A model generated the notes under the pieces. That model ran no database searches. It had not been told where the DNA came from and saw only the letters and a list, made by a program, of their open reading frames with translations. A stretch of DNA of 64,000 bases from Klebsormidium nitens. Lineage: Eukaryota > Plantae > Klebsormidiophyceae. The stretch is taken from assembly GCA_000708835.1 (NCBI GenBank), contig DF237248.1, positions 44,499 through 108,498 of the forward strand, written 5' to 3'. Shown here in pieces: positions 32,805 through 43,700 of the stretch. A program made the position numbers and the translations under genes. Numbering within the stretch: position 1 is the stretch's first letter; every line of letters begins with the position of its first letter.

Positions 32805-35800
32805 ATGTTTATGTGCGAGTCCTTAAAGTTCGCGCTGGTGTTGGCAACAAGTGTAGTTTTGTTGACCGCTCTTGGGGAGGCGAATGGAACGAGCAGCGGC
32901 ATGGAATTGCTTACTTGGAGGGTAAGTTCCTCGTTGCAATCTCAAGAACATTCTTGCAGTGTACTGATATACTGTGACCTTCGAGAAAATGTTTATGCTA
33001 AGAAGATACAGGGATTCAATTGATGGTATGTTACATGTCGTCAAAGAATTGCCCTCAAAAGAAGGTGGCAAAGCCTGGGCTTCCACTCACAATCTGGCTT
33101 CCCTTACTTCCTGACCAGCGATAGCTCCCTGTAGGGCAAATTTGCACTTTCTTCTGGCAGTTGTTAGCTTGTTCTTGTTGAGTTCGAGCACTGGCCTTTA
33201 TCCTGGCAACTGCAAAGCTTGCAGTTATGACGTCATTCTTGTAGAGGGGTAGAAACTTCCAACAGATTATTGCAGTAGCATGGTATGGCAAGGCAACAGA
33301 GGGGACCTCTTGGAATAAGCTTCCTACCATTACTCATCTGCCTTGTTACCTCATGGAAGTGTGGTGTCATTTCTTAGTGCTTGTAAAGGATTCCTTAGAA
33401 GTGAGTGGTATCAGGCAGTTCTTACTAAGGTGTCCCTTACGTATGCTAATTGTGATGGCAGATGAAGCCTTGTGATGACGAGTTTGAAAGACCAAGGTTT
33501 TTCGTGTTGTTATGCATGCCAGCAAGAGGACTCTTGCTCGGCGGCAAGACTACCAATTCGGGTGCTTTTTCAGAGATTGGTTCTTAGAACCTCTTGGTTC
33601 AAATGCGTTCAGAATCTGGGATGTATTTCTTCTTGCAGTCTCTTTTCCAAAACAATGCGAAAAGTTGGTGGCTTCTGAAAGTGTCTGACAGACTGCTTTT
33701 TGGTCCCAAAGAGTCCTGCTTACTTGAAGGCCGTAGCTTGTGAGGATCGTGAATGATGCCCTTCTGCATCAGTTGCGGTTTGATTCCAAAAAGGCAAATG
33801 ACAGAGGCGCAGAACCATGTAAACACAGGATGAAAGTTTCTTGAACGGGCTCCTGCGTCTTACTTGCATCTTCTGTATCATTTTCTGTTGCCTTCACTTC
33901 GCGCTGACTCTTTGTCATTGTCCAATGCTCCTTTCTGCAATCCAAGAGGCAGGGTCTACAGCACAAACTCCATTTGTTGGGGGAGCTTTCAAGAACGCCG
34001 TGCAAGAAAGAAACACGATTGAGTCTAACTAACCCTCCCTTCTCTGCTTGCAGTGGCAGAGCCTAGCCAGTATCCCTTGGGTGTCCGCTTGCCTGCCTTT
34101 CGAGTTGCTCAACTTGGCCTGGGCCCTCGCAGGACTGTTATTGTGCACATGTCCAATTTGGTCCAAGTGGTGAGCAGCTCTTCTGTTGGAGTTGAAGAGA
34201 GGACATGATTCACAATTCTTTGGGATTTTCTCAGCAATTATATATGCAGAATTGTGTCTGGGTCAAGCAGAACAGGAAGAACCGGGAGACTTTGATGTTC
34301 TATCTTGTTACGTCTGCCAGATGGCTGCCCAAGGCACATTGTATTCGTCTCCATACAACTTTTTCGTTTCGCCCTCTTATCTAATGGTGTTTGTCTTTGC
34401 AAGGCCTCCTCTGTTAAGGAGAAGGTTCTTTCAGGAGTATACAGTTGTCGAGATGCAGATGATAAATATGGAGAAGTGCCGGTTGAATGTCTGCGGACTG
34501 CTTAAATCTTCCTCAAATGAGGAGGATTTCTATGGAACTTTACAGGGACGCTCGACATTAATTCTGGAGCTTCCCTTCTTGCAGGTATGGGGCAAACCGC
34601 TTGAACATCACAACCATATTTTATGTGACGGGGTCAGCACTGGAAGCCCTTTACTTTCTGCACACCAAGGATGTAAGTTAAAAATACTGTCTTCCATTTC
34701 GTGACATTTATAAGCTGTGTAAGTCGAGATTCTATGGATTTGACCTTGATACATTTCGCAGCAGAGGGCATTGGCAGCCTTGTATTGTGAGACAGAACAA
34801 TCATATGAAAGCAATCATCTGAAAGCATATGAAAGCAATCATGAGAAAGCATATGAAGAAGCGCAGGTGGTCATTATGTCGCAGAGGAGAGGACTTGCAT
34901 CCCTTGTTGATGCAGATTTTGGGTCCATTTGTGCAGGCACTTCCTTATGTTCTGACCCGAGCTTTGCTTCTCCCAATGGCGGCCTCGTTGACTCTGCCAG
35001 CATCTTACAGGTGAGTAGCACTAAGTTTTGTTGTTGCAGCTTGTATTGTCTCTCTATCTAGTTGCTCCTTGACATGCCTTCGAGGGCGAGTCTTCGTACC
35101 ACCTTCACACAAGACTTGCTGCAATCTGCTTGACAGAACTCCTAGTCTGATACCACCCTCAAAAAAATGTCGAAGATTGCATTCCTGAAAGTGGTTTGCA
35201 CCAGAACCATTCTGCAAGAGAGCTTTAACTGACACATGAAGCCTGCCATGGACTGCTGAATGATTACTCAATAAAAATGTTTGTTCTTACAGGCTTCGGC
35301 TCTTCACCCATGTGTCAGGCCTTCTTCTCTGCATCGCCGTTGCATGCCTGCGCAGCGATGCCGCCGCTGTGTCGGCTCTCCTGTGCACTGCTCTTGTTGT
35401 GGCCTACACAACCGGAGCACTTCTACCCGACCTCTCAGGCAGGAGCGGACGGTTGGAAAGGATAGAAAAGCGGCAGATGGTTGAAGAGGCAGAGGCGGCG
35501 CCAATACTGGGGGGGGCAGATGCGGGGGAATCAGCAGAGGGGCGGAGAGATGGGAAGCATACGGAGGGGCTTTCCGAAGATAAGAAGGCGGGGATTGGCG
35601 GAGGTAGTACTGGGTATGTGGAGAAGCACGTGATTTTGGAGGGGTCCTCGTCTGAGGATGCGGGCATCTCTGGAAGACAGGGAAAGGACGAAGACTTAGG
35701 AAGAAAAGGAATGAACGAAGACCCTGAGGAAGGGGAGGGGGACGAGGAAGACGACTTTGAGGAGCGGATAATGGAACTGGCGGCAGCCCCGAAAACCGCC

Positions 35801-38800
35801 CGCGACTCATCCGAGACTATCTTCACCGGCCGTCCAAATGCCAGCGCGGCGCTCATTGACACCGCCCCGGATGCCGCAATAGCCTCGCTTCTGCGGGACC
35901 GGGCTGCGGCAAAACGTCCGTCGGGCAGCGCCAGCGAGGGGGGGTCCGCTTCCAGCGGAGAGGCCCCCCCTGGGGCGGAGAGGCCATGGTCCCGAACGCC
36001 AGGGAGTTTCGTCCTGACGAACGAGGAGCGTATGGCGACCACGACGAGTCGGCTGATCGCTCTTGCAGGCGCGGCGAGCGGGCGAGTTCCTCGTGGGGGA
36101 GTGCAGCAGCCGGATCCGGGGACTGAGAGAGGCCCCCCAACTAGGGGTGGGGGCGTTCCAGTAGCAGCACCTTCGGCAAGCCCAAGGATCTCTATAACTG
36201 GGGCCTTGCCGCCTGCTGGGGGGACTGTGGGGATGGGTCAGATGCGGTCGGCGCTTGGCAAAACAGGGCCTTCGCCGGGAAGCGGATCAGGTGTGGGGCG
36301 CGGAAGAGGTTCAGACAAACAACCTGAGGGTGGAAGCGGACTGAGCAAGCCTCCGGAGTCGAGGAAAGGCAAGGAGAAGCTGGTCGAAGAGGAGCCGGCA
36401 GAGGCCCCCCGGGGGCCTCGGGGCGCTGGAGGGGGTCTGCTCATTCTGCCCGGGATGTCGGAGCGCGAACGGGAGGCTTTGGCCGCCACGTATGCCGCCG
36501 TCTCCGCCGCCCGCGCGGCGGAGACAATGGGCGCCGCGCGACCATGGGGGACCGGCGCGGGGTTACCGTCTACCGAGCTCGACTACCGGGGTCCGGGCGC
36601 GGGGAACTGGCAGTCTCCGGCGTGGACTGGTTTGGGGGAGGAGTGGCTCGGTTGGATGCAGGACATGTTTTTCATGGGCCCGGGGTGGGACGGCGGCATC
36701 TCGCGCGCGGACGACGAACGAGAGGCGGCGGCGAAAGCGAGGGCGGCGGAGGCGGGGGCGAAAAGTGTGTTGCCGGAGGGGGCCGGGAGTGATGACGAAG
36801 ACGAGAGCGACGATGACGAGAGCTACGACTTTGCCAAGATGGAGGAGAAGTACAAGGGCCTGCTCGGGAGCATGCGGGGGTTCGGAGGCGGGGGCTTCGG
36901 GAGTAGCGGCAGCGGGGGCCGGGTTGACGTCAGCAAGGCAAACACTGACGTCATTAGGGGGGACGTGGCCCGGGGGGGCTTGGGCAGCGGAGTAAGCTTT
37001 GCGGCAGCGGCGGCGGAGCCTTCGGATGATTCAGACGAGGGAGAAGATGAGGACTCGGGTTCGGAGGACGACGATTTTGATGACCTCGTCGGCGCTTATC
37101 CGGGTCCCCTTGACCCGCTTCGTAGCCCCGCGCCAAATCCATGGGCCATCGATTTCGGGCAGCAAATAAGGTTGCTGGCAGCGATTGCGCAGCAGAAGTC
37201 TGTTGAGCCGTCGCCAGACGCCGGCAATCCGTTTTCCCTCGATATTAGCCGGCCCGGTCAATCCCCTCCTCAAAACTTGAGTGCAAGCGCTGACGCAATC
37301 ACGATCCCGCACTTTGTCCTCGATGCGAGTTCGCCCGTCCTGAAAGTTGCAACAGCGGAAGGCGAGGGTTTTCTGGAGACAAAGCCGGAACCGGCAGGAA
37401 CTGGTAACTGGTTCGAGACGACGCCCCCTGCCACTCCGCTCCCTTCTCCTTTCGGGACGGGCGGCCTTGGTCTGTTACCCGAATACGCCCCCCGATTCCC
37501 GGACGCCCAATTCCCGGGCACCTCCGCGGACGTCCTGCGCGAGGAATTAGAGGAGCGGATGCTCAGCTCGGACCGCGTGGAAGACGTGGGCGCCTACCTG
37601 TCGACCTCGGAGCGGATCACGCAGCTCCTCTCCGCCCCCGCTTTCACACTCGACGCGAGCGTGCCCGCGGGGCTGCCCGGCTTATCGGCAAGTGGTCGGG
37701 ACGCAGGCTTGGGCGCCCCCGCATTCACACTCGACGCCAGCATCTCAGCGGCCGCCCCCGCATTCACACTCAACGCCAGCATCCCAGCTGCCGCGCCCGC
37801 ATTCACACTCGACGCCAGCATCCCGGCTGCTGCGCCCCCATTCACCCTCGACGCGAGCATTCCCGCAACCAGACCGCCGGGCATTGTGCCAGGTGGTGTG
37901 AACGCGGGCTTTGGCGCTGCCGGGATGCAGGACGTGCGGGCGGCTTCCGAGCGCATCACCGAGCTCCTGGCCGCGCCAAGTTTCACTCTCGACGCCAGCG
38001 TTCCCGCCGTCCCCTTGGAAAGGGCTCAGCAAACGGGCGAGTTGAGAGGCACTAGGTTTGGAGAGGACGGCCTTCAGGGACCGAGCAGTAGTCGGGGCGG
38101 GGCAGAAAGCAGCGGCCTTCGGGGGGAGGTAGTTTCGAGAATCAGCGGCACAGGCTACGGAGGGGGCAGTGTTGGTGTTCGAGCGGAGGGCCCGCCAACC
38201 GCTAGTTTGACAGTAAGCAGCGCCCTAGCCACGGAATTGTACAATACGCCTTCAAAGGGCCCCTCCCCGGACCGGAACGACCCGTCCAGTTTGCGAGACA
38301 GGATGACGCTGCGCTCCGGCCGGTCGTACCCCTCCCCAGCGAAAGCTGCAGAGACTTCCTTTCTCAGTCCTGATGTTTCCTCTTTCAGTCGAGAGCAAAA
38401 TGAACCGAGCAGTCGGTTTCGGCGGGACGGGGAAAAAGGCGCGGGCGCGTCGGCTGACGCACGGTTGACGACTAGCAGTCGCGGGGCTCTGGGGTTTAGT
38501 CTTGACGCAAGCAGAGGTCCGGAAGACGGACACGGACCGTCTGCTTTTGCTGCGCCCACGTTTACACTGGATGCAAGCAGATCCGCGGCGAGCCCGGTAA
38601 GCGCTGGTGTCTCTTTCGTTCCGCCGATGTTCACCCTCGACGCAAGCCGACCCGCGAGGAGCACGGATGTGCCAGATGCTCCGCCTGCATTTACTCTGAA
38701 TGCAAGCAAACCGGTTGCAGCGGCGCCGGGGGGTGTGGGGGCGACCTCATTAACTCTAGACGCGAGCAAACCGGTCGCTGCTGCGCAGGGGGGTGTGGGA

Positions 38801-39004
38801 GAGGCGGCCGGGAAGAGCAGCCCCGATGGGTATGCTTGGACGCAGATGTCGGAGCGGCTCGCGCGGCGGTCAAACGGAAGGGGCATTAGCAAAGTGGACC
38901 AAGAGTGGCTTAAGGTTATGGAGAGGGTTAAGGACAAACTGCCCCAGACGCAGAGCGGGTGGAAACCGGAATTGCACATTCCCTTCGCGGCGTTGGGAAA
39001 TTAG
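32805..39004 (+). CDS. Uncharacterised membrane protein with a very long low-complexity C-terminal region; 5' exons tentative
   Basis: Last exon 35293-39004 is a stop-free, GC-rich frame of about 1236 codons after ttcttacag. It joins in phase to exon 34937-35010 (ALPYVLTRALLLPMAASLTLPASYR), and hydrophobic segments follow (GLLLCIAVACL, VSALLCTALVVAYTTGALL). A signal-peptide-like exon at 32805-32921 and intermediate exons (e.g. about 34054-34170) are plausible but unproven. Confidence 0.7.
34802..34857. repeat. 24-bp tandem repeat, 2.3 copies
   Basis: catatgaaagcaatcatctgaaag, catatgaaagcaatcatgagaaag, catatgaa. Confidence 0.85.
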
Positions 39005-40744
39005 AAAGCTGTTTGGGATTGTAGATAAAGAGAGAGCCCGCTCGCTTGCTACGGCAGAGAGTTTCGCGGGCGTTCTAGAGTGTCTAGATGTACAGGGTTG
39101 GGCCGTGACTAGCACAAGTTTTGAGCAGGTTTCGTGAGTGAAGCGAGGGTGAACTTCTCGTTTGTTCTGTGTTTGCTGCTAACGTCTTCCACAAGTTAGG
39201 ATCTGCTTTGCCACTGTCTAAGCGCAAAAACTGCAAACTTATCGTTTAAGAAAAGAAGCTGGATGTTGCCGTGAGGTTAGGTCAATCACACAGGTAATAC
39301 TCTAGCAGATACAACAGTGAGTCAATTTACCAGGTATGCGGAGGTCGGATGCACGTGCGAATGAGATACTTCGAGGCGAAATCCGAGCAACGGTGTCACA
39401 TCCAGATTACCCTCCCTTGCATAGTCAGGGTCGTTCATGGTATTGGTACCGCACCGAGATTGCCTTCCCAGCCTAAGCTATTCATATCGAGGTGCCTTGG
39501 CGGTGGCGGTTACTTTCTTGTTTACATGCTCAATCGGCTGCCTGCTAAGCATGCAGGTCTTAATTTAGAAGGCGGGCCTCCCGGCACTTATGTCAACCAC
39601 CGAGGGCTATAATTATGATCGACTCGAGTATGTGGTTGGTTATAACAAAGAGCTCCACGCGGGTCACAACTAAACTGCCTGTCCCCAGTGATTACGAGGC
39701 CACTTGACTTGGGTTCGAAGGTAACCTCCAACATTTTCTACCATTCATGACGCCTTCAGTTTCATTAAGCGCGGCCCGGCCATTGAGCACGCGCCGCACT
39801 AGCAGTGGCAGTCTAAGCCTAGATCGGCCCACATGCCCAGCCGGGGATATGCAACGTATACGTTCAATCTATTATAGCAATCATGTGCCTAACTATTTGT
39901 GACACATGATCCTGGCAACTTGCGTCATGGACATTAGTATCGTACGTACAAGCCCTACGCTTGCAAGCCGTGCCACCCGGCCTGGCCCTGACATGTGCAT
40001 GCTGCATATACATGGTGAATGTACCGTCGTACATACCATGCGCTTAAACTGAGTTACCTACCTAGTTAACGGTTGCAATGTTATACTACATAGCTTTCGT
40101 AAGTCAAGTCGGACCATATATGACGGTCACATTTACAAGCTAATGGCCGACTCGATGCAGACAGGCATCGAGTCGGCCAGGCGGACAGGCGCCTGTAGTC
40201 ATTTGATGCAGGGCTCGCTAGATCAAGTAAAGTGGAGGCCCCCATGTCCGCGGCTGATCCATATTCTTCCAATATCATCGATCCAAGCCGTCAACTGGCA
40301 CAACGATGCAAATACGCATGCTAGGACGTGAGGCGCGCAACACCATCGATCAACTTAACCATCATGTGCTGCACAAATGCCATGCAGCTAGCTTTTGCCA
40401 AGCTTACCGACTAATTCGAATGATCAAGCGTCGCATGATTGCAATGGATGATTCAAAGTTCAATGGCTTTCGAACGGGTGCGTGCGTGTGGCGAAGTATA
40501 CTTTACAGCTAGTCGCGACCTCTTTGTGGATAGGTCTAGGCTAAAATACTGTGAATTTTAATGAGTTTCCACAAATATCCTCGCTGTCCTGTGGGAACGC
40601 AACTCGATCAACCCGTCAGCTGAGCAATTGCGCTCGGAACGGAAACATGGCTCCAAAAAGGGCAAGGCTTTATGGGCTCGAGGACAACTTAACTCCTCGT
40701 TCGCCACCCATCGATCTTTTGTTGCAAACGTTTCTCTAAGTTTG

Positions 40745-43700
40745 CTACCGCAAGTACACGTCGAGCAAAATGTTTTCGCTGGGCTTCAACACGATGCCGG
40801 CCCACACTTTTAGGGGCCACGTGGGCGTGTCCGGCCGCGGCTCGAACCGGAAGCTTTGGTACAGAGTGATCAGCGCTATCTGCGCCTCTTCCATGGCGAA
40901 CCTGTCGTACAAAAAGGAAAAGTGCTGCTTTGCTGTGCGGGATCAGAGAGGGGTGGTAGGTAGCAGACTGCCAGAGCGCGTCATTGTCGGAACTGATTTA
41001 AGCCTCCTCCCTTCGTAATCAAGTTAAGAAAGTCAAGAATGTAGAAGTCAGAAATTAGAGGAGTCAGAACCAAAGCGAACCGGCAAGATCAAGAGACGAG
41101 CAAGACATCCAACTCTCAATGAGCTGACGGAATTGGACAATCTGAATCCAAAGCGAAGAGGTAAGACACCGAGAGAGAAAAGGGGGGGAGTAGTCCACCG
41201 CTCGACTCACTTGAAGCCGACGCACATCCGGGGCCCCAGCCTGCACAACGGAGGGGCAGCTGACGTCAGCTGTCGTCATCCTGCGAAAAGGCTTAGGTTC
41301 CAAGGTCTTTTCTTACATGAGTCTAGGCTTAGGGTATGCAACATGTCTCTTCAATTTAGGTAAAGTAAGCTCGAGGTATGGTAAGCTCCCAGCCTAACCC
41401 TAAAAAAGTAACCCTGAGATCACCCGCTCCGCACCCTGACCCCCAAACTAACCCCACCCGTCCCAGGCGGCTTGGCTTACTCTAACCTGAATTGAAGTCT
41501 AATGAATGCAACCAGCCCGGGTGTATCAACGACCTTAAGCATCGTAACTGCAACTAATACCTCATCTAGATTCATCTTCCCCCTAACATTTGCAATCTAT
41601 CCCGGTTGCGAATGATCGAGGGACAAGCGATTCACCACAAGCAAAGTATTAGAGATTCCAACGGCAAATGGAGCTCAAACGCTCAATCTCCCCGGCCCAG
41701 CTTTCACCGTCGCTCACCCGAACGGAAGGTAGGCATACGGGTGCCGCTGGAGCGCCTCCGGGTTGTGCGGGTCGAAGCGTTCCGGCCGGAACTGTTCCGG
41801 GTCCGGAAAGTGGACCGGATTCCGGTGCACGGTCTCCGTGGCCAGCCAAACGATTGTTCCCGCCGGGATATGCGTGCCCGCCACGTGCATGTCGCGCTTG
41901 GCGGTGCGGATGAGGAGAGGACCAGTGGAGAACATGCGCAACGTCTCCTTGACGACCTGAGGAAATTAAGCAAACCGGGGTGAGGTTAAGTTACGGACAC
42001 CGGGGTGGGGTTGCGTACAGAAGTGGGGTAAGGTTTAGTAGAGGAAACCGGGGGAAAGGGTTCAGGACAGATACCGGGGCGAAATAAGGCACAGAAAACC
42101 GGAGTGAACCGTGAAGGTTAAGTACAAAACCTGGGGTGAGCTTAAGTAAGGGAAACCGGGGTGAAGTTGAATGCAGAGTGCGGGGTAAGATTAAGTGCAG
42201 GAAAGCGGGGAGAGGTAGGGTACAGGAAAGCGGGATGGGGTTAAGCACAGGGCACCGGAGTAATATCAAGTACAGGGAACCGGGATAATCACAGGAAACC
42301 GGGTTGGGGTTAACGGGGGGCGATGGGGAACGAAGCGGAAGAAGTTAAGGGAAGCGTAAAGGGGAGGGGGAATGAGTAAGAGACCGGGGCGGCGGCTCTG
42401 GCTGACCGGTGGGGGTTGAGCAGCAGGTTAGCGAAAGCGGTTTCAGTAGTCGAGCAAGTGGGGCTGGGGTTAAGTCCCATTCGCGACACTATTTAGAAGG
42501 CCCACTTTCCCCCTCAGATAGTACAGAAAGCGGTGGTCGATTCATGCGAGAGTGCGAGACTTTCAGGGAGTTTCTCTCTGGGAGCCGACTTTCTCCGGAA
42601 CGACCCGAAAAGTACGATATGGGAAGTTCAGCGTCGGCTTCAGGTGTAGAGTAGATTGCGATACTGATCCGAACGTCAATCACTTCCGGAAAGTTCCCCT
42701 TCCAAGCTGGACTACCCAAGGAACGGGGAGTGGGGAACACTTTAGGCAGAGGCGGTTGTGAGAATCTGAGCGATGGGATGTTTGGCACGACGTGCGGCGC
42801 TAACGCTTCCAAGCAGCGAGGGGAAGGTGAATACAGGATTCAAGCGATGGTACCAGGAGCAAATCTGAGGGTTTCAGAAACAAACCCCAGGGTTCCGGAC
42901 AAATCCGGAGGTTTCAAAAACCTACCTGTTCGACGTATGAATACTTTGCCAGGTCGGAGTAGCCGGGCTCCTTCACACCGGCCTTTGCATTTCGGTCGAT
43001 TTCTTTGTACACTTTGTTTCGAGCGTCCGCATGGTACGACAGGAAGAACACTGCGCGGCAGAAGGGTCTGGATTCACTCTCCTTGGTTTGAGGACACAAA
43101 TGGAGTTCAAGCTCGACGCACTTTTGGAAAGTTTGAATGACCGCTGCACGACGTACTACGTTCTGAAACCATCCGACCAACGTTTGTTTCTCCAAGCGGA
43201 TATATATAGCAATGCTGTCATTCACGTGTATATGGTATCTGCTTTGGCAGCAGGAACGACATAACTCTTCAATCTAGCAATAGTAAGCTCTAGCAATAGT
43301 AAGCTCCAACACTAACACTAAAAACCTAACCTACAAAATCACCCGCTCCGCACCCGAACCCACCCTAAGCCCCAAACTAACCCTACCCGTCCCAGGCTGG
43401 TTGGCTCCTACTGCTAAAGCTTACGATTGCTAATTTGCAGATTCTTAGGAACAACCCTCAAATGGTCATGCGGTTCTTACGGGGGCACAGCACGGCGGAC
43501 CTTTCAAGGTGTTACTGCCCAATTGTTTGGAGCAATCGCCATGTGTCCGGCTCATAAGCCCAGAATGCTAAAACGGGACCCCTTGATATCCGAATGTACG
43601 GATTCTCATCATGGAACCCCAGAAAGAAAGGACAACATCCCTCACGTATATATCGATCTCCAAAAGTGTAGGTTGCTTAATAGTCAACTGAACACTCTGA

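Noticed and set aside
35304-38979. Multiple long antisense and alternative-frame ORFs
   Set aside because: Shadows of the GC-rich long coding exon.
41393-41407. Telomere-like CCTAACCCTAAAA and the CCTAACCCC units at 44700-44870 as a chromosome end or interstitial telomere
   Set aside because: No uninterrupted telomeric array; the words are embedded in intronic repeats.
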